NCBI GenBank assembly: GCA_947502375.1
Contig: CANMZR010000001.1
Coordinates: 4,886 to 68,885 of the forward strand
Source: Polyangiaceae bacterium
Lineage (GTDB): Bacteria > Myxococcota_A > Polyangia > Polyangiales > Polyangiaceae
Direction of reading: 5' to 3'
Length of the DNA stretch: 64,000 nt
A model generated the notes under the pieces. That model was not told where the DNA came from, ran no database searches, and saw only the letters and a program-made list of their open reading frames with translations. Positions 8,023 through 17,630 of this stretch are shown here, in pieces. Within the stretch, counting starts at the first letter, position 1. Every line of letters starts with the position of its first letter. The position numbers were made by a program, and so were the translations under genes.

Positions 8023-8751
8023 ATGGCAGGGAGCGATAAGGGCACGAGGAGCCGGGCTGTACCTTGGGCTGAAACCGCGGGGGAACCGGTCGAGCGACCG
8101 CGCTGGACCGAGCCGGCGAGCTCGGACTCAGGTGCTCATCCGCTCGGTTCCAAACCCGGACCGGGAAGCCACTTCGCGGCTCGAGGCTCCGATGCTCGCG
8201 CGGGCGGGCGGGGCGTGTTTGGAGGCGCGTTTGACGGGTCGCGGGGAGGCACGCACGAAGGACACGAGGATGGCGAGCAAACCCCGTCGTCGAGCCGCGA
8301 TTTTGAGCGCGAACTCGATGTCATGACGGCCGAGGTCGAGTCCCTCCAGCAACAACTTGTCACGATGGCTTCGTCGGCGGAGCACGTGCGACGTCAGCTC
8401 CTTGAGACGTGTGAAGCCGATGTCGTCGAGCTCGCCGTGGCGCTTTCAGAGAGGATCGTCGGCCGCGAGTTGACCACCGACACCGGACGCATTGCGAGCT
8501 GGGCAAAAAAAGCTCTCGAGTCGCTCGCCGAGCAACGCGACCTGCTCGTGGTGGTGTCGCAAGACGTGTTCGATTCAGTCCCGAGAGATGCGTGGCGCGA
8601 TGCGGAAGGGCGCGTATTCGTGCCTCGCGTGGACGCGAAACTCGCTCGCGGCTCGTGCGACATTCGGAGCACCGTCAGTCGCATCGACGGCAGCCTGACG
8701 GCCCGCATGCGAACCATCGTCGAATCCTTGGGCGTCACCGAGGAGCGTTGA
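8023..8751 (+). CDS. fliH: Flagellar assembly protein FliH with a low-complexity N-terminal extension
   Basis: The C-terminal half (coiled coil plus ELAVALSERIVGREL...) resembles FliH/YscL. Sits between fliG and fliI. Confidence 0.7.
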   Translation: MAGSDKGTRSRAVPWAETAGEPVERPRWTEPASSDSGAHPLGSKPGPGSHFAARGSDARAGGRGVFGGAFDGSRGGTHEGHEDGEQTPSSSRDFERELDVMTAEVESLQQQLVTMASSAEHVRRQLLETCEADVVELAVALSERIVGRELTTDTGRIASWAKKALESLAEQRDLLVVVSQDVFDSVPRDAWRDAEGRVFVPRVDAKLARGSCDIRSTVSRIDGSLTARMRTIVESLGVTEER

Positions 8752-8755
8752 AGCC

Positions 8756-10084
8756 ATGACGGGAAGTGCCATCGATCTGTCGCTTTACGTGAAACGGGCC
8801 CAGGCCGCCGAGGCGATGCCCGCGGAAGGCCAAATCCACGAGGTCGTCGGGCACCTCGTCGAAGTCGTAGGGCTGAACGCAGCGACCGGCGACCGCCTCG
8901 AACTCGCGCTGCCCGACCGAAAACTCGCCCTTGAAGTGCTGGGGTTTCGGCAAGGGCGCTTGCTCGCGGCGCCGCTCGGATCGACCGCGGGCGTGCAGCA
9001 CGGAATGCGCGTCATTCGCAAAGCCGGCGGAGCGAAGGTCGACGTTGGCAACGCACTCCTTGGACGGGTCCTCGACGCCTTCGGTCAGCCTCTCGACGGC
9101 CGACCCGCGCCGGTGTGCACGAGCCGCGTTCCGCTGCGCCGCGACCCACCTCATCCCTTCTCACGGCGCCCCATTCACGAGCAGGTCGAGACGCGGATCC
9201 GCGTTCTCGATGGCCTGTTGCCGATCGGACGCGGGCAGCGGCTCGGGCTCTTCGCGGGCACGGGTGTTGGCAAGAGCACAATGCTTGCGATGATGGCGCG
9301 TCGAGCGCAGGCGGACGTGGTGGTCGTCGGCCTGATAGGTGAGCGCGGTCGCGAAGTCGGTGAGTTCGTGCGAACCGCACTCGGGACCTCTGGCCTCGCG
9401 CACGCGGTCGTGATTGTTGCGACGAGCGATGCGCCGCCACTCGTACGCGCACAAGGCGCCTTGCGCGCCACAGCCGTGGCGGAATACTTCCGCGACCAAG
9501 GAAAACACGTGCTGTTGATGATGGACTCCGTCACGCGCTTCGCGATGGCACTGCGGGAAGCCACCCTCGCGGCGGGCGAACCGCCGGTCACAAAGGGCTA
9601 CACGCCGAGCGTCTTCTCCGCCATGCCGGCGCTCTTCGAGCGGGCCGGGAATTGCGAGCACGAAGGGAGTATCACCGCCATCTACACGGTCCTTGTCGAA
9701 GGCGACGACATGAACGACCCCATTGCCGACACGGTTCGCGGCACGCTCGATGGGCACATCGTGCTCTCGCGCGAACTCGCGCAGCGGGGGATCTTCCCCG
9801 CGGTCGATGTGTTGACCAGTGTAACGCGTGTTTTCAACGAAATTGCAAAGCCCGAGCATCGTACTTACGCGAACCGTATTCGCGAGCTGCTTGGTGCGTA
9901 CCGAGAAGCCTCGGACCTTTTGAAAATTGGCGCCTACGTCCGTGGCAGCGACGCACGCGTCGATGCCGCCGTGGCCGCAGTCCCGCGGATTGAAACCTTG
10001 GTTCGGCAAGACCTCGATGAGACGAGTAGCCTCGCACTGGTGTTGAAGCAGCTCGAAGAAATTTGGAGGGATTCGCTACGCTGA
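8756..10084 (+). CDS. fliI: Flagellum-specific ATPase FliI
   Basis: 442 aa with Walker A (GLFAGTGVGKSTML), Walker B (VLLMMDSVTRFA) and an F1/T3SS ATPase fold signature. Confidence 0.95.
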   Translation: MTGSAIDLSLYVKRAQAAEAMPAEGQIHEVVGHLVEVVGLNAATGDRLELALPDRKLALEVLGFRQGRLLAAPLGSTAGVQHGMRVIRKAGGAKVDVGNALLGRVLDAFGQPLDGRPAPVCTSRVPLRRDPPHPFSRRPIHEQVETRIRVLDGLLPIGRGQRLGLFAGTGVGKSTMLAMMARRAQADVVVVGLIGERGREVGEFVRTALGTSGLAHAVVIVATSDAPPLVRAQGALRATAVAEYFRDQGKHVLLMMDSVTRFAMALREATLAAGEPPVTKGYTPSVFSAMPALFERAGNCEHEGSITAIYTVLVEGDDMNDPIADTVRGTLDGHIVLSRELAQRGIFPAVDVLTSVTRVFNEIAKPEHRTYANRIRELLGAYREASDLLKIGAYVRGSDARVDAAVAAVPRIETLVRQDLDETSSLALVLKQLEEIWRDSLR

Positions 10085-10125
10085 AAAGTGGGCCCTGAGC
10101 GGCCACGCAGCAGGCGAGCCAGGCG

Positions 10126-10578
10126 ATGTCGAGTCGGCAGAAATTAAAGCGAATCGTCCGCTTGGTAGCGCTCCGTGAACGAGCGCGCGACGGGGCGCAG
10201 GCGGAGCTTGCCGCAGCCCAGCGAGCCTGCGAGACCGCCCAGGCGCGGGTGCAGGGAGCCGAGCGTCACTGGAACGAGGAGGCGACGAAGACGCAAGATG
10301 CGGCGTTGGACTCGGTCCACGAATTCGGGCTTCGGCGGATGCATTTGGCGTCCCTCCGTCGCGAAATTGAGTTGGCAAAGGAAGTTCACGAGCAACGGTT
10401 GCTCGTGGAGCGCCAGAAGATCGACGCTGCAATCCACGCTCAGCGCGAGCTTCGAAAAATGGAGCTATGGGGAGACTCGGAAGCCGAACTGCTCCGCGTC
10501 GAGGGTGAGCGCGCCGACCAGCAGCTCACCGATGAGCTAGCGGCACGCATCGTGCTTCATTCCCCGTCGACAGATTGA
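10126..10578 (+). CDS. fliJ: Flagellar export chaperone/stalk protein FliJ
   Basis: 150 aa, all coiled coil, directly downstream of fliI. Confidence 0.7.
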   Translation: MSSRQKLKRIVRLVALRERARDGAQAELAAAQRACETAQARVQGAERHWNEEATKTQDAALDSVHEFGLRRMHLASLRREIELAKEVHEQRLLVERQKIDAAIHAQRELRKMELWGDSEAELLRVEGERADQQLTDELAARIVLHSPSTD

Positions 10579-10579
10579 A

Positions 10580-12268
10580 ATGCCGCGCTTTAGCGGCAAA
10601 AGCGTCGACGAAGAAGTCGGCAAGGGAGTCGGGATCATGACGATCAGTGTCACGCGAACAACGCAAAGCCCCCGTGCGAATGCCAGCCCTTCGCTGTCGA
10701 AGCCATTGCGAGAGGCCCCAGCGGGTGCCGCGCACGGGAACGACACGAGCTTCGATTCGTTGTTCGACCGCGCATCCACTCGGAGCGCCCAACCCAAAGA
10801 CGCTCTCCTGCCCAAGGGTCCCGAGCCGCGCCGAGCCGACGTTCAAAGCCCCTCGACAGCACGACTTCATGAGGCGCTCGGCCGTTCTTCGAAGGCGCCG
10901 AGTGTGGCGCGGTCATCGGTGGCGCGCGCGGACGAACACGAGAGTTCCGTAAAGGAACGGGGGCGCAGCGACGCACAACAGCCAAGAGCGGCGATGACTT
11001 CTGGGTCCAGCCCCAACGAGAGCAGGGGAGCACCCGCGGAAGAGCCCTCGCCGCTGAGCAAAAAAACCGAAACCGCGAGCGAAACCGCGAGCGAGACCGC
11101 GAGCGAGACCGCGAGCGAGACCGCGAGCGAGACCGCGAGCGAAACCGCGAGCGAGACCGCGAGCGAGACCGCGAGCGAAACCGCGAGCGAGACCGCGAGC
11201 GAGACCGCGAGCGAAACCGCGAGCGAGCGTCGAAGCCTGTTGACCGCGGAAACGCCCATCGCCGTCGGCGGGTACTCCGACACGACCTCCGGCCTTCGTA
11301 AGACACCCGAGGGTGGAGCCGCGCTCAGCGAAAGGAAGGAGTTTCTGACGTCCGCCCGCGGCACCCGCGAAGCCGAGCCAGGAACCGGCGCTATCGCGGG
11401 ACTTCCCGACGCGAAGAATGCCGAGAACTCAATGAACGGCGCGACGGCCGGATCGCACGCGAAGTCGCTCCGCGCCTCGAAGCCGGCAGCGCCGGAAGTT
11501 GCCGCCGCCGAGCGCGAGCCCACGCGGGCAACCGAGGCCCGCCTTGAGGCGGAGCGACTGCGAGACACGATGGGAACGAGCGAACGAAAAGGCGCTCCAC
11601 TCCAGAGCGAAGCTGAGCGGCGGAAGGGCACTTCCAACACCGACGAAACTTCCATGCCCCAGGTGACTGCCACGGCGTCGGCGAGTTTCCCTGCGACGGA
11701 TTCGACAGTCGCCGCGGCTGCGATCACCAGCGCGTCGACCAAGAGCTTGGCCCCGAACTCGGTGAGCCACACTCCGAGCGGTGGGCTCCTGTCGCGGAGT
11801 CCGTCAGAACAACCCGGCGTCTCGAAGGCGCGCATGGAGCGCGGCGAGTCAATGGAGCGCGAGCTCGAGCACGTGATGCGAGAACGTCGTCAAGACGCTG
11901 CCACCTCGGCGGTCAACCACATGACACTGCGCCAAGGAGCCGAGGGCAAAATCGACCTCGGCGAGCTTGGAACGGTGAGCGTCTCAGCGCGAACGGTCAT
12001 GGGCGAGGTCGACATCGACATCCGCGCCACTCAGAGCGACACCGCGGCGATGCTTCAGAGCACAAGTGCCTTTCTCGAAGCGGAATTGAGAAAGGACGCG
12101 GTCGACGTGCGCCAGATCGAGATCGACTCAGAAGGGAGCGACAGCCGCGAGCCTGGGGGCGAAAACAGGCAAAAAGACACGGAAAACGAACGCGGAAAGG
12201 GCGCGCGCGAAGAGGCCGCTCGCGAATTCGAGCCGGACTTGGAGAGTTCGGTACGGTTCGTGCTCTAA
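10580..12268 (+). CDS. fliK: Hook-length control protein (FliK-like) with an internal 13 x ETAS repeat
   Basis: 562 aa, Pro/Ser/Ala-rich and disordered. A C-terminal Flg_hook-like domain (MTLRQGAEGKIDLGELGTVSVSARTVMGEVDIDIRATQSDTAAMLQS...). Sits between fliJ and flgD. Start uncertain (an alternative ATG lies about 60 nt downstream). Confidence 0.7.
   Translation: MPRFSGKSVDEEVGKGVGIMTISVTRTTQSPRANASPSLSKPLREAPAGAAHGNDTSFDSLFDRASTRSAQPKDALLPKGPEPRRADVQSPSTARLHEALGRSSKAPSVARSSVARADEHESSVKERGRSDAQQPRAAMTSGSSPNESRGAPAEEPSPLSKKTETASETASETASETASETASETASETASETASETASETASETASETASETASERRSLLTAETPIAVGGYSDTTSGLRKTPEGGAALSERKEFLTSARGTREAEPGTGAIAGLPDAKNAENSMNGATAGSHAKSLRASKPAAPEVAAAEREPTRATEARLEAERLRDTMGTSERKGAPLQSEAERRKGTSNTDETSMPQVTATASASFPATDSTVAAAAITSASTKSLAPNSVSHTPSGGLLSRSPSEQPGVSKARMERGESMERELEHVMRERRQDAATSAVNHMTLRQGAEGKIDLGELGTVSVSARTVMGEVDIDIRATQSDTAAMLQSTSAFLEAELRKDAVDVRQIEIDSEGSDSREPGGENRQKDTENERGKGAREEAAREFEPDLESSVRFVL
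11069..11224 (+). repeat. 13 x 12-bp in-frame tandem repeat (GARACCGCGAGC, encoding ETAS) inside the fliK-like gene
   Basis: Direct reading. 156 nt with period 12; the only variation is A/G at position 3. Confidence 0.95.
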
Positions 12269-12334
12269 AGTTCCGAACGCGAAACAGCATGCGAATGCGA
12301 GACAGCGGCGCTGCTCGAGGAGAAGTGAAAGACG

Positions 12335-13114
12335 ATGGCCCTCCAAGGAATTGAAAATAGCGGCATCGCTAACATGATGCACAAGCCCAGCGACAAGGGC
12401 GCTGCGGCAAACAAAGGCGCCGTCGATAAAGACGGGTTTTTGAAGTTGCTCATCGCGCAGCTGAAGGCCCAAGACCCGACGTCGCCCGCCGACAGCTCGC
12501 AGTTCGTGCAACAGCTCGCGACCTTCTCGCAGCTCGAGCAATCGATAGCGCAAACCAAAGGCATCGATACGCTCTCACTGCAGCTGAGCGGCATTGCTTC
12601 GAACGAAGCGGTCAGCCTTATCGGCAAAGAAGTCACGGTGCACGGGAAGTACATCAACTTCGATGGCTCGAACCCAACCGGCTTCAACGCCAATCTCACC
12701 GGCGACGCGGCCTCCACCAAGGTCACCATCTTCGATTCCTCGGGCGCGCCCGTCCGCACGATGGACATGGGCGCCCACGAAAAAGGGACTGTTGCGGTTC
12801 CTTGGGACGGTCGCAACGACGCGGGAGTCGTCGTTCCCCGTGGCAATTACACGGTTCAAGTCGAGGCGCTCGACGCTGGCGGTCAGCCCGTCGAAGTGAC
12901 CAACGACGTCCATGGAGTCGTCGTCGGCGTGTCCTTCGAAAAAGGCTATCCGGAGGTCACCCTCGACTCGGGGGCCCGCGCGCCAATCTCGGACCTCGTG
13001 GCGGTAAAAGCCTCGAGCTCAGGGCAAAACTCACCGCTCGCGGGGCTCGATTTGAGCAACGTGAGCGCTCTGCTCCAGAGCCTCGCGGCTCAATCAATGA
13101 TTCCGAAACTTTGA
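12335..13114 (+). CDS. flgD: Flagellar hook capping/assembly protein FlgD
   Basis: 259 aa. N-terminal DKDGFLKLLIAQLKAQDPTSP motif and a FlgD Ig-like/FLgD-tudor-like C-terminus (VPWDGRNDAGVVVPRGNYTVQVEA). Confidence 0.92.
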   Translation: MALQGIENSGIANMMHKPSDKGAAANKGAVDKDGFLKLLIAQLKAQDPTSPADSSQFVQQLATFSQLEQSIAQTKGIDTLSLQLSGIASNEAVSLIGKEVTVHGKYINFDGSNPTGFNANLTGDAASTKVTIFDSSGAPVRTMDMGAHEKGTVAVPWDGRNDAGVVVPRGNYTVQVEALDAGGQPVEVTNDVHGVVVGVSFEKGYPEVTLDSGARAPISDLVAVKASSSGQNSPLAGLDLSNVSALLQSLAAQSMIPKL

Positions 13115-13154
13115 ACGAAGGCACGAAGCCTCATCCCACACGCTTGGAGGAACC

Positions 13155-14498
13155 ATGAGTGTCACGAAGACCCTGAACACGGCCGTCTCCGGTTTGCGAG
13201 CGCAACAAGAAGCGCTCGGAATCGTCGGCGACAACATCGCAAACACCAACACCGTGGGGTTCAAGCAATCCCGCGCGTTGTTCGAAGACATCCTCGGCAA
13301 CTTCAGCGGCCAACGGTCGCAGGGCGCCGGGGCCGGCGCACGAATGGTGCGGGCGCAACAAATCTTCAGCCAAGGAGCACTCCGAAACACCGACGTCCCC
13401 AATGACCTCGCACTCAGCGGCGATGGGTTCTTCGTTTACAAGGGAGCTGTGGACGGTCTGGAAGGAAACTTTTATTCGCGTGACGGCAGCTTCATCATCA
13501 ACGCGAACGGCACGCTGGTCAGCTCTGCGGGGCTAAAGCTCCAGGGGTTCACCACGCCCGTTGGCAACAAATTCGGCGGTACGCTGGGTGATATCCAGCT
13601 GCAGACGCTCACGTTGCCGCCCAAGGAAACGAGCGTCGTGACCATCGACGCCAACCTCGATGCCAACGCAGCGGCCTTCGGTAAATCCGGCGGAGCCAAC
13701 AGCTTCGACCCGCTCAACCCGGCGACGACGTCGGACTTCTCGACGTCCCTGACCATCTTCGATTCGCAGGGCAACCCCCATGGGCTCGATGCCTATTTCG
13801 TCCGCACCAACGACGGCACTCCCGCGCCCGGTCCGAACGTGACGAACAACTGGGAGGTTCACGTGTTGAACGGAAACACCGAAGTCACAACGCCCGTGGG
13901 AGGGCCTCCCGCCGGTCCGCCCATGGTTTCCTTCGACGCAGCGGGCAGACTCAGCTCCGCTGACCCCGTCACAGTGAAAATTCCCACCTGGGATGCCGGA
14001 AACCCAAACGCTGCCCACAACTCACTTATCACCTTCAAGATCGGCGATCCCTTGGGCGCTGGCGGCACGGGGTTGACAGGGCTCACACAATACGGTCAGC
14101 GCAGCGCCGTCTCGGCCCAGAGCCAGGACGGTTACGCACCCGCCGACCTCACTTCGGTGGAGGTCGCGCCAGATGGCACGGTCAACGGCGTTTATTCCAA
14201 CAGCCAGAAGTTCGCGATTGCCCAGGTGGCGATCGCGCGTTTCGCGTCGAACGACGGTCTTGCCCGCGCTGGCCACAACCTCTATTCGCAAACCACCGAT
14301 TCGGGCCAGGTAAGCGTCGGCGCGGCCTCATCCGGCGGCCGCGGTGCCATCGTCGCGGGTGCGGTCGAGCAAAGCAACGTCGACATCGGTGCGCAATTTG
14401 TCGATATGATCACCTATCAACGCGCATTTTCTGCAAATGCGAAAACCATCAGTACCGCGGACGAGCTGCTCGTTGAAACCGTCAACCTGAAGCGATAA
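13155..14498 (+). CDS. flgE: Flagellar hook protein FlgE
   Basis: 447 aa. N-terminal LNTAVSGLRAQQEALGIVGDNIANTNTVGFK and C-terminal VEQSNVDIGAQFVDMITYQRAFSANAKTISTADELL. A good GGAGG SD lies upstream. Confidence 0.93.
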   Translation: MSVTKTLNTAVSGLRAQQEALGIVGDNIANTNTVGFKQSRALFEDILGNFSGQRSQGAGAGARMVRAQQIFSQGALRNTDVPNDLALSGDGFFVYKGAVDGLEGNFYSRDGSFIINANGTLVSSAGLKLQGFTTPVGNKFGGTLGDIQLQTLTLPPKETSVVTIDANLDANAAAFGKSGGANSFDPLNPATTSDFSTSLTIFDSQGNPHGLDAYFVRTNDGTPAPGPNVTNNWEVHVLNGNTEVTTPVGGPPAGPPMVSFDAAGRLSSADPVTVKIPTWDAGNPNAAHNSLITFKIGDPLGAGGTGLTGLTQYGQRSAVSAQSQDGYAPADLTSVEVAPDGTVNGVYSNSQKFAIAQVAIARFASNDGLARAGHNLYSQTTDSGQVSVGAASSGGRGAIVAGAVEQSNVDIGAQFVDMITYQRAFSANAKTISTADELLVETVNLKR

Positions 14499-14531
14499 CT
14501 CCACTAACCGAAGACTTCACGCGGAGAGCCC

Positions 14532-15050
14532 ATGGCGGACGACGAAAAGAAAGAAAGCCAGACCCCGCCCGACGGTGCCGCGGGGGTGCCGGCCGGAGGC
14601 GGTGGCGGAAAACTGGTGGGGCTCGTACTCCCTGCCGTATTGGCCGGTTTGGCAGCCTTTGGAGGCGCGAAATTAGGAGGCGGAGGCGGCGGCGCGGCGG
14701 CGGGGCACGGCGCGGAGGCCACTGGGCACGACGAGAAAAAGATGCCGGGATTCACGGTCGAGCTGAAAGCGTTCGTCTTGATGGTCACGGACGAGGTTAC
14801 GAAGGAGAATAAGCCGCTGAAACTGTCGCTCGCGATCGAGCTCGAGAAGCTGGCAAAGAAGGAGGAATTCGAGCCATTCGTGCCGCGCGTCCGCGACACG
14901 GTGAACGAATACATCCGAAGCCTCAGTTACCAGGAAATCATGAATCCCCGCACCAAGGAGCGAATGACGGAGGATCTCCTCGAACGCATTCATAAACTCG
15001 GCGGGGAATCAGCCAAACGTGTCCTCGTCCAGGAGATGGTGACGCAGTAA
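14532..15050 (+). CDS. fliL: Flagellar basal body-associated protein FliL
   Basis: 172 aa with a single TM segment and a FliL-type C-terminal domain (...LSLAIELE...VPRVRDTVNEYIRSLSYQEI...VLVQEMVTQ). Confidence 0.85.
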   Translation: MADDEKKESQTPPDGAAGVPAGGGGGKLVGLVLPAVLAGLAAFGGAKLGGGGGGAAAGHGAEATGHDEKKMPGFTVELKAFVLMVTDEVTKENKPLKLSLAIELEKLAKKEEFEPFVPRVRDTVNEYIRSLSYQEIMNPRTKERMTEDLLERIHKLGGESAKRVLVQEMVTQ

Positions 15051-15104
15051 CGAGCAGCGTTCACGCGGGCGACCGATGGGGAGCCCAGCTCGAAACCGCG
15101 AATC

Positions 15105-16193
15105 ATGGCGATGGCATTCGACGATAAGGAGCGAGACTCCGCGGTCCCGGGCGGCTTGCCGCGAGCAATCCGAAACGAGACCTTGATCTCCGTCACTTCG
15201 GAAGGCGGCAGCGCGCTCGCCGAGGAGACGCTGCGGCGGGCCGCCGTGGCGCTCGCGGCTGGAGTACGGCGGGGCGTGCCTTTCTTGGGTCGGCGGCGCG
15301 CGACCACCGCGGCGGGCGCGACTTCGACGGTGCGTGCGAGCGAATTCGGAAAAAATCTCGAGCAGCCCTATTACCTCTGTCCGCTCGCTGTCGATCCAGG
15401 CGGCTCACGGGCGATGTTGGCGCTCGATTCGTCCGCCATCGGGTTCATGCTCGAAGGCATGCTCGGGGGGGACGGCCAGGACACCCCGAAGCTGCCGCAA
15501 AAAGCCCTTTCGGCCGCGCAACGCGCCTTCATCGACCGCATTGTGAAGGGCATCGTCCTCGGACTTTCCACCGGGCTCTCGAAGTCGATTGGGCTTTCGC
15601 TCACGAAACTGCCGCTGCTCGTCAACGAGCGCACGACGGACGGCATTTTGGTTCAAATCCCAATTGATTTTCTGGATAACGCGCCAAAAGTAGAGACGAA
15701 AAAAGAGTTTTCCTTGGACGACTTCGACGCGCCGAGTCTCCGAGGTGGGGCCAATAGCGCCCCGGGTTCGGTCGAAAGCGTTAGTTTTGGGACGATTCTC
15801 CTCGCCGTGAGCAAGACGGCACTGAACGCCGCGCGGGCTGCGAACCAGTCAAAGAAAGTCGAGCGAATTGACCTGCGCGTCGCGGCCACCGTGCGGGAGG
15901 TTCACGTCAACGTCGTCGCGGAACTCGGTCGAATCAAGTTCAAGTTGGGTGACCTGGCCAAGCTCCGAGTAGGCGATACCCTGCGTCTCGACGTCCCGGT
16001 GGACGGCGACGTGGACGTGCGCATCGAGAGCGAAGTGCTGTTCAAGGGCCAACCGAGGACCGTTGGCTCGCAGATTGCGATTCAATTGACGGCGCGCAAG
16101 GAGCCGGACGTGCCGCCGCGACCCGAGCCGGCGCCTCGCCTGCCGGCTGAGACGCCAGACCCACGGGGGCGAGGTACCCCACCACGGCGCTGA
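15105..16193 (+). CDS. fliM: Flagellar motor switch protein FliM (divergent N-terminus)
   Basis: 362 aa with a FliM middle domain (LALDSSAIGFMLEGMLGGDG...) and a C-terminal SpoA/FliN-like domain (LGDLAKLRVGDTLRLDVPVDGDVDVRIESEVLFKGQP). Confidence 0.85.
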   Translation: MAMAFDDKERDSAVPGGLPRAIRNETLISVTSEGGSALAEETLRRAAVALAAGVRRGVPFLGRRRATTAAGATSTVRASEFGKNLEQPYYLCPLAVDPGGSRAMLALDSSAIGFMLEGMLGGDGQDTPKLPQKALSAAQRAFIDRIVKGIVLGLSTGLSKSIGLSLTKLPLLVNERTTDGILVQIPIDFLDNAPKVETKKEFSLDDFDAPSLRGGANSAPGSVESVSFGTILLAVSKTALNAARAANQSKKVERIDLRVAATVREVHVNVVAELGRIKFKLGDLAKLRVGDTLRLDVPVDGDVDVRIESEVLFKGQPRTVGSQIAIQLTARKEPDVPPRPEPAPRLPAETPDPRGRGTPPRR

Positions 16194-16359
16194 CTCTCGG
16201 CCGAGCCAAGGACAAGGGCGCAACACGCCGGGCACTCGAACCGAGTACGGCGGACTCAGGCCCCAAAAGTCTGCCCCCGAGAGGCGGCGGACCACTTCAT
16301 GAAGCACCCACGGAAGCGATTCCGGGTGGGGCATGATGCTTGCTTTGCTGTGAGGCATC

Positions 16360-16668
16360 ATGGCGGACGAATCCCCTGTTGTGCCTCCCGAAAACCCGTT
16401 TAGCCCACGCGACGGCAGCATCGGCGCTTTCGCGCTCCTGAAGGACGTCGAGGTCGAGCTCACGCTCGAAATCGGGCGAAGACGCATGAAAATCGACGAA
16501 ATTTTGCGCCTTACGACCGGCGCGACCATCGAACTCAGCAAGGCTGCAGGCGAGCCCATCGATATCTACGTCAACGGGCAACTCCTCGGCCGCGGCGAAG
16601 CGGTTGTCGTCGGCGATCGCTATGGCGTTCGGATCACCGAACTTCTGAACCCGGAGGGTCACTCATGA
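16360..16668 (+). CDS. fliN: Flagellar motor switch protein FliN
   Basis: 102 aa with a SpoA domain (VEVELTLEIGRRRMKIDEILRLTTGATIELSKAAGEPIDIYVNGQLLGRGEAVVVGDRYGVRITEL). Confidence 0.92.
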   Translation: MADESPVVPPENPFSPRDGSIGAFALLKDVEVELTLEIGRRRMKIDEILRLTTGATIELSKAAGEPIDIYVNGQLLGRGEAVVVGDRYGVRITELLNPEGHS

Positions 16669-17630
16669 ATCGCATCACTGTCAGTGCATTGGCGCTTATC
16701 GCCACGTCGTTGACCTTCCCGGCAGTCGCCGCCGAGCCCCCACGGCCCACTGGGCGCACAGCCCAGACCGAGAAGGGCACAGCACCCGAAAAGGCCGCAA
16801 GCCGGACGGACGAGAAAGGCTCCGAGCACGCCAGCCGGCGCGAGGACACGACCGAACCGCGGGTTCGGACGGACGAGCCGACGCCTTCGCGCGAATCCGA
16901 CTCCCTCCTTCCGAACGACCACCGAGAGCCGCGGCGCGAACCCGAACGCCCGCTCGTGATCCGGCGCACACCCGAGAAGCCCCTTGAACTCTCGGCACAA
17001 ACGCCCTCGGATAGCATCTGGATCAAGCTCGCCGTCTGCGGCCTCATCGTCGGCGGAGCAGTCTACCTCCTGCGAAAGCGTGGGCTGCTCAAAGCACCGG
17101 CGCGGTCGCACACGATGACGATCGTCAGCCGCACGGGAATTGGCGTCCGTAGCGAGCTGCTGGTGGTGGACATCGACGGACAAAAGCTGTTGCTCGGTGT
17201 CACGCCGGGGTCCATCTCACGGCTTGCCGTCCTCGCCACCGGGAGCGAGGCCACGGCGCTGCTCGACGAGGGCACCGACCCTGAGTCGCCCACCGAGCAC
17301 GAGCCCCACTTCGACGGGGCACTCGTCGCTGCTCGGGAGAAGCTCGAGCAGTTTGCCGCCCGCCTGAAGACTCGCGCACCCGAAAGCCTACCCGGCCGCT
17401 CGAGTGCACGCGCGTCGCTACACGCAGAGCACACTTCCGAACTCTCAGCGGAGGCCGACTACGAACGTGAGATCGCGCGCCGCGAAGCGACACGCAATCG
17501 GGCGCGGCAATCCCCGGCCGCACGCGAACTCCAAGAGCTCCGAAACTCTCGCCCCGAAGGTCGCTCACGTCCCGACCTCGGTGAGCAAGCGCAAAGCCTC
17601 TTGCGCCTACGTCAATCGCGAGGTCGGTGA
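16665..17630 (+). CDS. fliO: Flagellar biosynthesis protein FliO, unusually long (321 aa)
   Basis: A TM helix followed by a FliO-like core (IWIKLAVCGLIVGGAVYLLRKRG...MTIVSRTGIGVRSELLVVDIDGQKLLLGVTPGSISRLAVL). Sits between fliN and fliP, with ATGA/GTGA overlaps at both ends. Confidence 0.7.
   Translation: MNRITVSALALIATSLTFPAVAAEPPRPTGRTAQTEKGTAPEKAASRTDEKGSEHASRREDTTEPRVRTDEPTPSRESDSLLPNDHREPRREPERPLVIRRTPEKPLELSAQTPSDSIWIKLAVCGLIVGGAVYLLRKRGLLKAPARSHTMTIVSRTGIGVRSELLVVDIDGQKLLLGVTPGSISRLAVLATGSEATALLDEGTDPESPTEHEPHFDGALVAAREKLEQFAARLKTRAPESLPGRSSARASLHAEHTSELSAEADYEREIARREATRNRARQSPAARELQELRNSRPEGRSRPDLGEQAQSLLRLRQSRGR

Noticed and set aside
11069-11224. Regular short repeats as a CRISPR array (also 372-605 and 3914-3981)
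   Set aside because: The units are contiguous with no spacers, and two of the three tracts are in-frame coding repeats. No cas genes are present.
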